A stretch of DNA of 64,000 nt from Gaiellales bacterium (GCA_038230835.1 JBBRMM010000017.1:1185-65184), one strand, 5' to 3'. Numbered from the stretch's first letter, positions 18,942 through 29,711 are shown. Notes: generated by a model from the letters alone, not told the origin. Numbers and translations are program-made.

Positions 18942-19355
18942 GTGAGCGACACCCCCTCACCATCCGCCCGACCCCGCCGGGACTTCCGGATGGCCGTCGC
19001 GGGTGCGCTGGCGCTTATCGCCGTGGCGGTCGTGGTGTGGTTCGCGAGTCGAGCTGACACCGCCCGGGCGGAACTCCGCCAGACCAGCTGCACCTGGCAC
19101 CGGAAGTACATCGTCGTCGCCGGCGTGATCCGCAACACCGGCACACGGGCGCACGACTTCGAGATCACCCAGACATTCTGGCTGGCCGGTCTGGGCGAGC
19201 GAGGCCAGCATCACCTGGTGTTCGTGACGCTTGCACCGGGGGCCTCGAAGCGGTGGACGCAACCGGCGGGCAGGTGGTCGGACCCGACGGGCGCCCCGAT
19301 CGCGCGTTGCGCCCCAACCGTCCAGCCGGTGCCCGACCCGAACCCGAACGACTAG
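18942..19355 (+). CDS. membrane-anchored hypothetical protein
   Basis: N-terminal TM plus beta-rich domain with a Cys pair; TACACT -10 six nt before the GTG. Confidence 0.55.
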   Translation: MSDTPSPSARPRRDFRMAVAGALALIAVAVVVWFASRADTARAELRQTSCTWHRKYIVVAGVIRNTGTRAHDFEITQTFWLAGLGERGQHHLVFVTLAPGASKRWTQPAGRWSDPTGAPIARCAPTVQPVPDPNPND

Positions 19356-19377
19356 CGCACCGCTCCACGGCTCACTC

Positions 19378-19404
19378 TAAATCGCCCCTCCGCCCGGCCG
19401 ACTA
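19378..19404 (+). promoter_or_regulatory. sigma-28 (FliA/WhiG)-type promoter of the rfbH-GT operon
   Basis: TAAA-N15-GCCGACTA, close to the TAAA-N15-GCCGATAA consensus. Confidence 0.7.
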
Positions 19405-19443
19405 TGCGGCTGACGTTCCCGCCCCGCCCCCGGAGGCACATCC

Positions 19444-20768
19444 GTGTCAGAGCCCACCGCCAGCTACATCCTCGAACTCGTTCAGCGGCATGCCGCCGCG
19501 CGCCATCCCCGGCCCGCCTTCGACCCCGCAAGCCCACGGGTCGCCGCATCCGGGCGGGTGTTCGGCCCCGAGGAGGTGGTCGAACTGGTTCGCACCAGCC
19601 TGGACTTCTGGCTCACCGCAGGGCCTGAGGCCACGGTGTTCGAGCGCGGTCTGCGCGAGGTCACGGGGCATCGCCACGCATTGCTGGTGAACTCGGGGTC
19701 GTCCGCCAACCTGCTCGCGCTGTCGGCGCTCTGCTCGCCCAAGCTGGGCGACCGCCGGCTGCGGCCGGGGGACGAGGTGATCACCGTCGCGGCGGGCTTC
19801 CCGACCACCGTCAACCCGATCATCCAGAACAACCTGGTGCCGGTGTTCGTGGACGTCACGCTGCCCACCTACAACATCGACGTCGATGCGCTCGAAGCGG
19901 CGGTGTCCGACCGCACCCGCGCGGTGATGGTCGCCCACACGCTCGGAAACCCGTTCGACCTGGCGGCGGTCGGCGAGTTCTGCCGCCGGCACGACCTGTT
20001 CCTGGTGGAGGACTGCTGCGACGCCCTCGGGGCCACCTTCGGCGACGCTCACGTGGGCGGGGGGGGCGAGTTCGCCACGCTGTCGTTCTACCCGGCCCAC
20101 CAGATCACGCTGGGCGAGGGCGGCGCTGTGCTCACCAACCGGCCCAAGCTGAAGAAGATCGTGGAGTCGATCCGCGACTGGGGCCGCGACTGCTGGTGCG
20201 AGCCCGGCTGCCAGGACACGTGCGGCAAGCGCTTCAGCCAGCAGTTCGGGTCGCTGCCCTACGGGTACGACCACAAGTTCGTCTACTCGCACCTGGGGTA
20301 CAACCTCAAGGCCACCGACATGCAGGCGGCGATCGGCCAGGTGCAGCTGACCCGGCTGGCCGACTTCGTCGAGCGGCGGCGCGCCAACCATGCCTTCCTG
20401 CGCTCGGCGCTCAGTCCGTGGGCCGAGCACCTGATCCTGCCCGACGAGACGCCCGGGGCACGGGCGTCGTGGTTCGGGTTTGCGATCACCGTCCGCGCCG
20501 GGGCGCCGTACACCAAGCACGACCTGGTCACGTTCCTGCACGAGTCGGGGATCGACTCGCGCCAACTGATGGCCGGCAACCTGCTGCGCCAGCCGGCCTA
20601 CCAGGATATCCAGCACCGGGTCGTCGGTGACCTGGCGGTGACCGATTTCGTGGCCGATCGAGCTTCTGGATCGGCTGCTACCCCGGCCTCGACCGCGCCC
20701 ATCTGGAGTACGTGGCCGACCGGCTGGCGCTGTTTCACTCTTCGGTGCTTGCCCGGAGGGCCGCGTGA
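19444..20768 (+). pseudogene. rfbH: CDP-4-keto-6-deoxyglucose 3-dehydratase (RfbH/E1), frameshifted near 20660
   Basis: [54 protein letters not shown] and GYDHK motifs; C-terminal FWIGCYPGL lies in another frame ending at TGA 20768. Confidence 0.9.
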
Positions 20769-22072
20769 GCGTCCTTCCCGGCCTGCTCGCCTCCGCGCGG
20801 CGGCCGCGCATCGTGGCCATCCTGCCGGCGTACAACGAGGAGGACGTGATCGCCTCGGTGATCCGCGACTACCTCGAGGACGGGGTCGAGGTGTACCTGA
20901 TCGACAACTGCTCCACCGACGGCACGGTCGAGGTGGCCAGCGAGTTCCTGGGCCAGGGCCTGCTGCGGATCGAGCGTTTCCCCGACGACGCCGGCGGTAG
21001 CGAGCGGGCCAAGAAGGAGTACATGTGGGGTGAGATCCTGCGCCGCAACGAGTCGCTGGCCGCCGAGCTGGGCGCCGACTGGTACATCCGCGCCGACGCC
21101 GACGAGTTCCGTGAAGGGCCGTGGCCGGGTCTCTCCCACGACGACGCCATCACCCTCGTCGACGCGCTCGGCTACAACGCGGTGCAGTCGCGGGTACTCG
21201 AATTCCGCCCCACCGATGACTCGTTCCCGTCCGGGGGCGACCCGCGTGAGCACATCCCCTACTACGAGCGCTGCGACGTCTCCAACTCCCTCTGGGTCAA
21301 GGCCTGGAGGCAGCCGCCGGCCGGAGTGCACGTCGACATCGCCAAGACGGGCGGCCACGAGGCAGGGTTCCGCGGCCGGCGGGTGTTCCCGGTGCACTTC
21401 ATCTCCCGCCACTACCCCATGCGCACCTCCGAGCACGCTCGCCGCAAGATCTTCAAGGAGCGGCTCAACCGCTACCCGGCCGAGGAGCGCGCGATGGGCT
21501 GGCACGTGCACTGGGACGAACTGGCGGCGTCGGACTCGAGCTTTCTGTGGGATCCCGCCGAGCTGGTGCGCTGGGATCGCTCCGAGGTGTGCGCCCATGT
21601 GCTCAGCGAGGGTGCCGCCGACCTGCTCGTCACCACCAATCTCCACGGAGTCACGCTGGACGGCCCGGCGCTCTACAACGGCGGCTATGCCAACTGGATG
21701 GGCCACGCCTGCGGCGCCGGCGCCCCCTTCACGCAGCAGGGCGGCCAGGTGGCCGAGCAGTGGATGCGGCAGACGGTATCGCACGCGTTGCAAGGCAGGC
21801 CGTTCGAGCTCCCACCCGATCCGCTGCTGCTGCGGGCGATGATGATCATGTTCGACATCTCGGTCGCGCACCAGCGTGCGGTGGGCAACTTCCACAACTC
21901 GTTCCTGCTCGAGGACGTCCGGGCCACGGTCGCACCGCGGGTGGCCGACCTGCTGGCGACAACCGCCACCGCAACCGAGACACCCGCGCCCGAGGCACCG
22001 CGCAACGCTCCCTGCCCGTGCGGCAGCGGCCTCAAGTTCAAGAAGTGCCACGGCCTCGCTAAGGCCGCATGA
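20765..22072 (+). CDS. GT2 glycosyltransferase with C-terminal SEC-C motif
   Basis: [22 protein letters not shown] and GGH motifs; C-terminal [18 protein letters not shown]. Confidence 0.85.
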   Translation: MSVLPGLLASARRPRIVAILPAYNEEDVIASVIRDYLEDGVEVYLIDNCSTDGTVEVASEFLGQGLLRIERFPDDAGGSERAKKEYMWGEILRRNESLAAELGADWYIRADADEFREGPWPGLSHDDAITLVDALGYNAVQSRVLEFRPTDDSFPSGGDPREHIPYYERCDVSNSLWVKAWRQPPAGVHVDIAKTGGHEAGFRGRRVFPVHFISRHYPMRTSEHARRKIFKERLNRYPAEERAMGWHVHWDELAASDSSFLWDPAELVRWDRSEVCAHVLSEGAADLLVTTNLHGVTLDGPALYNGGYANWMGHACGAGAPFTQQGGQVAEQWMRQTVSHALQGRPFELPPDPLLLRAMMIMFDISVAHQRAVGNFHNSFLLEDVRATVAPRVADLLATTATATETPAPEAPRNAPCPCGSGLKFKKCHGLAKAA

Positions 22073-23376
22073 CTGCCCGCGTCTGCATCGCCGTCTCGGT
22101 GCGAAACGGTGAGCAGTTCCTGGCCGAGGCCATCGAGAGCGTGCTCGCCCAGAGCCACGACGAGCTCGAACTGCGTGTGTACGACAACCTGTCCACGGAT
22201 CGTTCGGCGGTGATCGCCCGCTCGTACCTGGGCGACGGCCGCGTGTCGTACGTCTCCAACCAGGTCGACCTGGGCTATTACGGAAGTCTGAACCGGGCCC
22301 TCGGCGACACCGACGCTCCGTATTTCGTGCCGTTCGCGGCCGACGACGTGATGCACCCCGACAACGTGTCCGCCAAGGTGGCGCTGCTGGAATCGACCGG
22401 TGCCGGCTTCGCACACAGCTCGGTGTGGATGATCGACCCCGCCGGGCAGACGATCGGCGACCTGGGCCGCCAGCCCGAGCCCCGTGAGCTGTACCCGGCG
22501 CCCGCGTTCTTCGAGCTGTGCGCGCCGATCAACAGCATCACCTGCCCCGCGGTGGTCGCTCGCACCCGCGGGCTCACGGCGCTCGGCGGGTTCGACGGCC
22601 GCGTCCCCTACTGCGCCGACTGGCTCGCCTGGATGCGGCTCTCGCTGCGTCACCCGGTGGCGATGGTGCACGAGCCGCTGGTCAGCTGGCGCCAGCACCC
22701 GCAGAGCGGCACCAGCGAGTCGCTGCGGTCCGCCCGGTACGCGGCCGAGGACCCGGCGGTGCTGTGGCATGCCCTCCACGACGATGCCTACCCCGTCGAA
22801 TGGCACGACCGCCGGGACCGCATGATGGCGGTGTGCGTCGCCCGCCTCGCCAACCACCTGCGGCGCGACGGCCATCGCCGCGCATCGTACGGGTACTCGT
22901 CCTACGGTCTGGCGCTGCGCGCATTGCTGCACCTTCCCGGGGACGTCGGGCTGTCCGGTCTGGTCGATCAGCTCGCCCGCGACGCCGGGGTGGCCCCGCC
23001 GCAGCTGCCCGCCCACCTGGTGGCCGTGCCCGGGGACGACCTCGAGCAGCTCGCCGAGACGGTGGCTGTCGCCCGCCGGCTGCGGGCCGCCGGCCTCTTG
23101 CGGAACCTTGCCGTGGCCGTCCGGCCGGCCGCCCTCACGGCCGCCACGGCCGTCCTGGAACGCGAGCTCGCCGCCGGGGCCGACGTCGACATCGACCTGG
23201 TGGCCGCCGACGATCCATCCGCGCTGCTCGAGCCGGGACGGCTCGCGGTGGCGCCGTTCGGCTCCGGACAGGCCGCGGCCGCCGAGCAGCGAGGCGTGGC
23301 CGTGCTCGCCACCTCCGTCCCCGACCCGTTCGCGCGCGCTGCCGATGCCGGGCGCTACGAGACGCTGGCCGCATGA
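22069..23376 (+). CDS. GT2 glycosyltransferase
   Basis: RNGEQFLAEAIESVLAQ, DN.STD, AADD, CADW..W and WRQH motifs. Confidence 0.85.
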   Translation: MTARVCIAVSVRNGEQFLAEAIESVLAQSHDELELRVYDNLSTDRSAVIARSYLGDGRVSYVSNQVDLGYYGSLNRALGDTDAPYFVPFAADDVMHPDNVSAKVALLESTGAGFAHSSVWMIDPAGQTIGDLGRQPEPRELYPAPAFFELCAPINSITCPAVVARTRGLTALGGFDGRVPYCADWLAWMRLSLRHPVAMVHEPLVSWRQHPQSGTSESLRSARYAAEDPAVLWHALHDDAYPVEWHDRRDRMMAVCVARLANHLRRDGHRRASYGYSSYGLALRALLHLPGDVGLSGLVDQLARDAGVAPPQLPAHLVAVPGDDLEQLAETVAVARRLRAAGLLRNLAVAVRPAALTAATAVLERELAAGADVDIDLVAADDPSALLEPGRLAVAPFGSGQAAAAEQRGVAVLATSVPDPFARAADAGRYETLAA

Positions 23377-26300
23377 GTGCTCGCCCAGGACTTCGCCGAC
23401 TTCGAGCTGCTGGTGGTCGACAACGCCTCCACCGATTCCACGGCCGAGGTCGTGGCCGGCTTCGCCGACGCTCGCATCCGGTACCTCCGCAACCCCCGCA
23501 ACCTGGGCATGGTGGCGTCCTGGGAACACGCTGGTGCGTGAGGCGCGCGGCGAACTGATCGCGAACCTGTGCGACGACGACGTCTGCCTGCCCGGACGAC
23601 TGTCCCGCCAGCTGGCCGTCTTCGACGCCCACCCCGACACCGGGGTGGTACACGGAGACGCGGACATGCTGGACGCGTCCGGACGGGTCACCGGCCGCTG
23701 GGCATCCCGGGAGTTCGCGCCCGACGAGCTGCTGCACGTGCTGGTGCGATCGCACAACTACCTGGTCTACCCCTCCACCGTGATCCGCCGGGGTGTGTTC
23801 GAGCGCCTGGGCGGGTACACCGAGGGGTACTCCATCGCCGCCGATCTCGACCTGTGGCTGCGCGCGGCCGCGGCGGGGATCCGGTTCCGGCACACGCCGG
23901 GCGGTGCGGTGGTGGGCTTCCGCCGCCACGAGGGGTCGGGCTCGCACGAATCGCGTCGCGAGCTCGAGGTGGCGGAGGTGTCGCGCGCGATCGAGGCGAC
24001 GCTCGAGCGCGAGGGGGCGCTCGGGCTCGTCCCCGAAGCCGTGGACGAGGCCGACGGCCTGCTGACGCTGGCCGACGCACTGGAGTCACGGGGGCTGCCG
24101 CTGCCACACACTGCGGCGCGCCTGCGGGAGCGGGCGCTGGCAGGGCGGCGGCGGATCATGCTCACCTCGTTCGGCTACAACGACTCCGGCGGCGGTACCA
24201 TCGTGCCCCGGTACGTGGCACAGGAATTGGCCCGCCGAGGATGGGACGTCACGGTATTCCACGCGGCGGTGGGGGCGCTGGACGAGGCGCCGCCGTACGC
24301 CGTGCGCGAGTGGCGCGAAGGCGGTGTGCGGTTGATCGGCGTCTTCAACCGGCCGCACGGGCTGCTCGATCTCGGACGGCCCGATCGCGAGGTGGACGAT
24401 CCGCCCATCACGGCGGCGTTTGCGCACGCGCTGGATCGGCACCGGCCCGACGTGGTGCACTTCCACAACCTGCACAACCTGGGTGCGGCGCTGCTCGACG
24501 AGGCGTCGGTGCGAGGCCTTCCGGCCTACTTCTCGACCCACAACTACTGGCTGGCCTGCCCGCGCAACTACCTGTACACCGGCCGGCTCGACCTCTGCCA
24601 CGGCCCCGGCGACGGCGCGGCCTGCGCCACCTGCGTGGGCAGCCACGACCAGAGCGGATACCGGCGCCGGCTGGAGGAGATCCGGGGCCGCTTCACCCGC
24701 TCGGTGAACGTGTGCCTGGCGGTCTCCGAGGCGATGCGGGGCACGCTCGCAGCGGCCGGCTACCCGATCGAGATGATCGATGTCGTGCACCAGGCGATGC
24801 CCGAGGAGACCGCGATCTGGCAGGCGCTCGGCCGCGACCGGGCACCCGGCAGGCTGGGCCGGGAACTGCGCGTCGGATTCTTCGGCTCGGCGCTGCCGCA
24901 CAAGGGCCCGAGCCTGCTGGTGGACGCCGCCCAGCTGACCGCCGCTCCACTGAGGGTCTCGATCTTTGGTGAGATCTCTGACAGCTTCGCGGCCGACCTG
25001 CGTCGCAGGGACGGCCGGAAGGTGCTCGACGTCCGCGGCGCGTTCTCGCACGCCGACCTGCCGGATCTGCTGGCCGAGGTGGACGTGGCCGTGATCCCGT
25101 CGCTGTGGTGGGACTGCGCACCGCTGACGGTGGCCGAGTGCCTGGCCGGCCGGGTGCCGGTGGTCGCAGCGCGGATGGGCGGCATCCCCGACTTCGTCCG
25201 CGACGGGGAGGACGGGATCCTGGTGGCCGGCCGCAACCCGGCCGCGCTCGCGGGCACCCTGGAACGGCTGGCCACCGAGCCCGATCTGCTGGAGCAGCTA
25301 CAGGCCGCGATCCGCCCGCCGCGAGCATTCACCGACTACGTCGACCAACTCGAGGGCTACTACCGCGGAGAGCGTCCGGCAGCCGGGGCCCGCGGGCGGG
25401 CGCCGATCACGGTCGCGTGGCAGGGCGACCACAGCTCCCGCCAGAGCCTGGCGGGTGTCAACCGGCGGGTCTGCGAGCGTCTGGAGCAGCTACCCGGGAT
25501 GGCGATCGAGCGCCGCGACCCGGGCGGGCGCACGCTCGGTACGGCTCCGCCGATGCCGGCCCAGGTCGAGGTCCGACACAGCTTCCCGCCCGACCTCTCA
25601 CCCGCCGCCTCGGGGCGGCTGGCACTGATCCAGCCCTGGGAGTTCGGCGCCGTGCCGCGCGACTGGGTGGAGCCGATCAAGCGCGACGTCGACGAGCTTT
25701 GGGTGCCGAGCGAGTACGTGCGGAGGATGTACCTGGACGCCGGGATTCCAGCGGAGCGCGTGGTCGTGATCCCAAACGGTGTCGACCCGCAGCTGTTCCG
25801 ACCGGCCGGACCCCGGCTTGACCTCCCCACTGGCGGCGGGACGACGTTCCTGTTCGTTGGCGGGCTGATCTCGCGGAAGGCGCCCGATGTCGCGGTGGCC
25901 GCCTACCAGCGCGCCTTCGCCGGGCGGGACGACGTGACGCTGGTCATGAAGGACTTCGGCGCCGACTCGATCTACGCCTCGGTCGACCGCTCACGGCTGC
26001 AGAAGTACGCCGAGACGGGGGAGCTGCCGCGGATCGTGTACCTCACCGACGAGCTGGACGACGCCGAGATGGCCGCCCTGAACCGATCGTGCGACGTGCT
26101 GCTGCTGCCGTACCGCGGCGAGGGGTTCGGCATGCCGGTGCTGGAGGCGATGGCGTGCGGACTGCCCGTGATCGTGACGGCCGGCGGCCCGACCGACGAG
26201 TTCGTGCCCGACGACGCGTGCTGGCGCGTGCGCGCCGAAGTGCGACGTGAGCAGGTGGAGCGGTACGAGAACGTCGAGACGCTGGGGTTCCCGTACCTGC

Positions 26301-26920
26301 TCGAGCCGGACGGCGGGCATCTGGTTGAGCTGCTGGGACGTGCCGACGCCGACCCCGCCGATCGCCGCCGGCGCGGAGACGTGGCCCGGCGTGCGTCGGA
26401 GGCGCTGACCTGGGATGCGGTTGCGGCCCGCTACCGCGACCGGATCGGCCGGCTGGCCTCGCGGGCACCGCGTGCCGGGCTCGATCGGCGGGCGCCGCTC
26501 GAGTTGGACGCCGCGTCGATCCGGTTGCTGGCGACGCCGGCCTGGCGCGGCGACGATCGCCTGGGCGAGCTGCTCGAGGCGTGGGTGGCGTCGGCGCCGG
26601 CAAGCAGCGGTGCGTGCCTCATTCTGCTGGCCGACCCGCGCAGCGGCGGTTCGGAGGGTGAGTGCACCCAGCGCGTGCTCGACACGGCCGCGACGCGCGG
26701 GATCGAGCTTGCCAACTGCGCCGACATCACGATCCTCTCGCACCCGCTGACGGGCGGCGACGAGGTCCGCCTGCACGCGGCGGTCGATGGCTACGTGCCA
26801 CTTCACGCCGCCTGCGTGGGTCACGCCCGGTACGCCGTGGCGGCCGGGAACGCGCTGCTCGAGCCGACCGCTTCGGCGCTCACCGCCTGGCTCGCCCGCG
26901 GGCTGGCGAGCGCCGCCTGA
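23373..26920 (+). pseudogene. large GT2-GT4-GT4 multidomain glycosyltransferase with damaged 5' end
   Basis: VLAQDFADFELLVVDNASTD in one frame, extra G near 23523, then a long frame with CDDD, PDVVHFHNLH, HKG, PSLWWD, QPWEFG, RKA.D and PYRGEGFGMPVLEAMACG; the first GT2 strand is missing after the ATG at 23373. Confidence 0.8.
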
Positions 26921-26926
26921 ACGCGA

Positions 26927-27262
26927 CTACGCGCGGGAACGGGCGCGGCGATCGATCAGCCGCACAGCCCCCAAAAAGCCCACGCCCGAGCAGATGACCA
27001 CCGGCTCGATCGTCAGCATGTCCAGCTGGGTGGCCTGCCCCGTCAGCCAGAAGAAGAGCGTCGCGGTGATACCGGCGACGACAGCGGCCACGCCGCCCAG
27101 GATCGCCATCGCCCGTGCGAGCTGGAACGCGGCCTCCGCGGGCTGGAAGGGCTGCTTGCTCATCGGCACGGCAAAGCCGGCGGCCACGATGCATCCCTCG
27201 GCGGCGAGGAACATCGTTATCACCGCCAGCTTGGCAACCTCACCAAGGAACCCGATCCCCAT
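26927..27262 (-). CDS. hypothetical membrane protein
   Basis: Three hydrophobic segments. Confidence 0.5.
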   Translation of the reverse strand: MGIGFLGEVAKLAVITMFLAAEGCIVAAGFAVPMSKQPFQPAEAAFQLARAMAILGGVAAVVAGITATLFFWLTGQATQLDMLTIEPVVICSGVGFLGAVRLIDRRARSRA

Positions 27263-27334
27263 CGCGGTGGATCATATGCCCCGGTTTGCAAGATTGCGGC
27301 GCGGACATTGAAGACCCCCCAAAGCCCACCCACA

Positions 27335-27356
27335 ACCCCACCCAAACGGGTGGGGT
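27335..27356 (-). terminator. hairpin directly after the gltX stop
   Basis: ACCCCACCC-aaac-GGGTGGGGT. Confidence 0.5.
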
Positions 27357-28789
27357 CATGCCGCGGTCGCGAGACGACCCGCGGCGGCCCGGATCCGGGC
27401 CAGTGATTCGTCGCGACCCAGCAACTCCAGGCTCTCGTACAGGCCCGGCGAGACGGTGCCGCCGGTGATCGCCACCCTCACCGGCGTGAACACCACCCGC
27501 GGTTTGAGCCCGGTTGCGTCGCAGGCCGCGCGCAGCGCGGCCTCGATCGCACCGGCCCGCCACTCGGCCACACCGGCGAGCTCGGCCAGCACCGCCGCCA
27601 GCGACTGGGCGGCCTCCGGTTCGGCGGCGACCTTGTCCCAGGCGATCGGGTCGATCTCGACGGGCCCGAACAGGAACCCGCACAGGCCCTCGAACTGGCT
27701 CAGCAGGCGCAGCTTCTCGTGGGCCAGCGGGGCCGCCTCGGCGACCCGCGCCGGCTGGTCGGCCAGCCGAGACCCGATCCTCTGGAGGTGCTCCAACAGC
27801 AGCGCCGTGAATGCGCCGGCGTCGAGCGCACGCAGGTGCTCGCCGTTCAGCCACTCGAGCTTGTCGGGATCGAACACCCCCGGGCTGCGGTTCACGCGCT
27901 CCAGAGTGAAGCGCTCGCGCAGCTCGCCCCGGGTCATGTAGGTCGTGTGGTCGTCGTAGCTCCATCCCACCAGCGCCACGTAGTTGACCAGTGCGTCTGC
28001 GATCACCCCGCGATCCCGAAACTCCTCCACCGAAACCGCGCCGTGGCGCTTGGAGAGTCGTTTCTTGTCGGTCCCGAGCACCATCGGCAGATGGCAGTAC
28101 GTCGGCGGCTCGGCGCCGAGCGCCTGGTAGAGCGCCAGCTGGCGGGGTGTCGAGGAGAGCAGGTCCTCGCCCCGGATGACGTGGGTGATGCCCATGTCGA
28201 TGTCGTCGAACGGGTTGGCGAACTGGTACGTGGGCGACCCGTCGGAGCGCATGATGACGTGGTCGCCGAGCAGCGCGTTGTCCCACTCCACCGACCCCCG
28301 GACGACATCAACGATCGAGGTGACGCCCTCCCGCGGCACCGCGAGCCGGACCGCGAAGCCGCGGCCCTCGGCCTCGAAGGCGGCCTGCTGGGCGGAGTCG
28401 AGCGATCTGCAGCGACCGCCGTAGATCAGCGGCAGCTCGGCCGCTCGCCGGCGCTCCCGCTCGGCCTCCAGCTCCTCCGCGGTGCAGTAGCAGCGGTATG
28501 CCGCTCCGCTCGTCACGAGCCGGGCGGCGGCGGCGGCGTACAGCGGGAAGCGCTCGGTCTGCCGGTAGGGGCCGTCGTCCCAGTCGATGCCCAGCCAGCC
28601 GAGCACCCGCAGCGCCTGCTCGATCGCGCCGGCGGTGGATCGTTCGGTGTCGGTGTCTTCGAAGCGCAGCACCACCCGCCCGCCGACGCCGCGGGCGAAC
28701 AGCCAGTTGTAGACGAACGTGCGCGCGCTTCCGACGTGCAACAGGCCGGTCGGGCTGGGAGGCAGGCGGACGCAGACGGGACGGTTCAT
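27356..28789 (-). CDS. gltX: glutamate--tRNA ligase
   Basis: PSPTG.LHVG (HIGH), LRFEDTD, AYRCYC, ITHVIRGED and RLSKRHG (KMSKS) motifs, plus anticodon-binding domain. Confidence 0.95.
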   Translation of the reverse strand: MNRPVCVRLPPSPTGLLHVGSARTFVYNWLFARGVGGRVVLRFEDTDTERSTAGAIEQALRVLGWLGIDWDDGPYRQTERFPLYAAAAARLVTSGAAYRCYCTAEELEAERERRRAAELPLIYGGRCRSLDSAQQAAFEAEGRGFAVRLAVPREGVTSIVDVVRGSVEWDNALLGDHVIMRSDGSPTYQFANPFDDIDMGITHVIRGEDLLSSTPRQLALYQALGAEPPTYCHLPMVLGTDKKRLSKRHGAVSVEEFRDRGVIADALVNYVALVGWSYDDHTTYMTRGELRERFTLERVNRSPGVFDPDKLEWLNGEHLRALDAGAFTALLLEHLQRIGSRLADQPARVAEAAPLAHEKLRLLSQFEGLCGFLFGPVEIDPIAWDKVAAEPEAAQSLAAVLAELAGVAEWRAGAIEAALRAACDATGLKPRVVFTPVRVAITGGTVSPGLYESLELLGRDESLARIRAAAGRLATAA

Positions 28790-28826
28790 GCCGGGGATGA
28801 TCCTATTGTCTGGATACCATCGGCTC

Positions 28827-29711
28827 ATGCACTTGGGCGCACACGTCGGCACGGCGGGCGGGATCGACACGGCGGTCGAGCGTGCGCGGCTGCTCGGCGC
28901 GTCCGCTCTGCAGGTGTTCACACAGAGCCCGCGCCAGTGGAGGCACCCCGAGCCTGACGCCGAGGCGTGCGCGCGCTTTCGCGACCGCCGGCGGGCGACG
29001 GGGATGGCGACCGTCGCCTGCCATGCCACCTATCTGATCAACCTGGGGGCGACCGACGACACCGTCTATCACCGCTCCGTCCAGGCACTGCGCGACACCG
29101 TTGCGGCGGCGGCGATGATCGAGGCCGACGGCGTGGTGTTCCACCTGGGCAGCCACCTCGGCCGCGGGCTCGACGCCGCGCTGCACCAGATCGCGCCGGC
29201 GCTCGAGATCGCGCTCGGCAGCTTCCCGTCCGGCTCGCGGACGGGTCTGTGGATCGAGAACTCCGCCGGTGCCGGCGGCACGATGGGCGTTGCACTGCAG
29301 GAGATCGCCCTGGTCATCGACGAGCTCGGCCGCCACTCGCGACTGGGAGTGTGCCTCGACACCTGCCACCTGTGGGCGTCCGGGGTCGACATCACCGATG
29401 CCGGCCGGATGGACGACCTGCTGGACGAGCTGGAGGGGCGGATCGGGCTCGACCGACTCGGGTGTCTGCACGTGAACGACTCGGCGACGCGACTGGGCTC
29501 CAACCGCGATCGGCACGCAAATGTCGGCCAGGGTCTGATCGGGCGGGGGCTGGCCGTGATGCTCGGGCATCCTCGGCTGCAGCACGTGGCCGCGATCATG
29601 GAGACACCCGGCGCCGCCGGGCACGGCGCCGATGCCGCCGAGATGGCCGCCATCCGCCGCCTGCACCGCAACGGGCTTCGCCGCTGGGCGCGGCGCGCGG
29701 ACCGTGTTTGA
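28827..29711 (+). CDS. nfo: deoxyribonuclease IV (endonuclease IV)
   Basis: GAHV..AGG, QVFTQSPRQW, HATYLINL, ENSAG, CLDTCH, HVND and DRHAN motifs; TACCAT -10 six nt before the ATG. Confidence 0.95.
   Translation: MHLGAHVGTAGGIDTAVERARLLGASALQVFTQSPRQWRHPEPDAEACARFRDRRRATGMATVACHATYLINLGATDDTVYHRSVQALRDTVAAAAMIEADGVVFHLGSHLGRGLDAALHQIAPALEIALGSFPSGSRTGLWIENSAGAGGTMGVALQEIALVIDELGRHSRLGVCLDTCHLWASGVDITDAGRMDDLLDELEGRIGLDRLGCLHVNDSATRLGSNRDRHANVGQGLIGRGLAVMLGHPRLQHVAAIMETPGAAGHGADAAEMAAIRRLHRNGLRRWARRADRV

Noticed and set aside
11069-23530. Programmed frameshifting or phase variation as the cause of the island's frameshifts
   Set aside because: The sites lack long homopolymers, tandem repeats or slippery heptamers, and the lesions are of mixed type.
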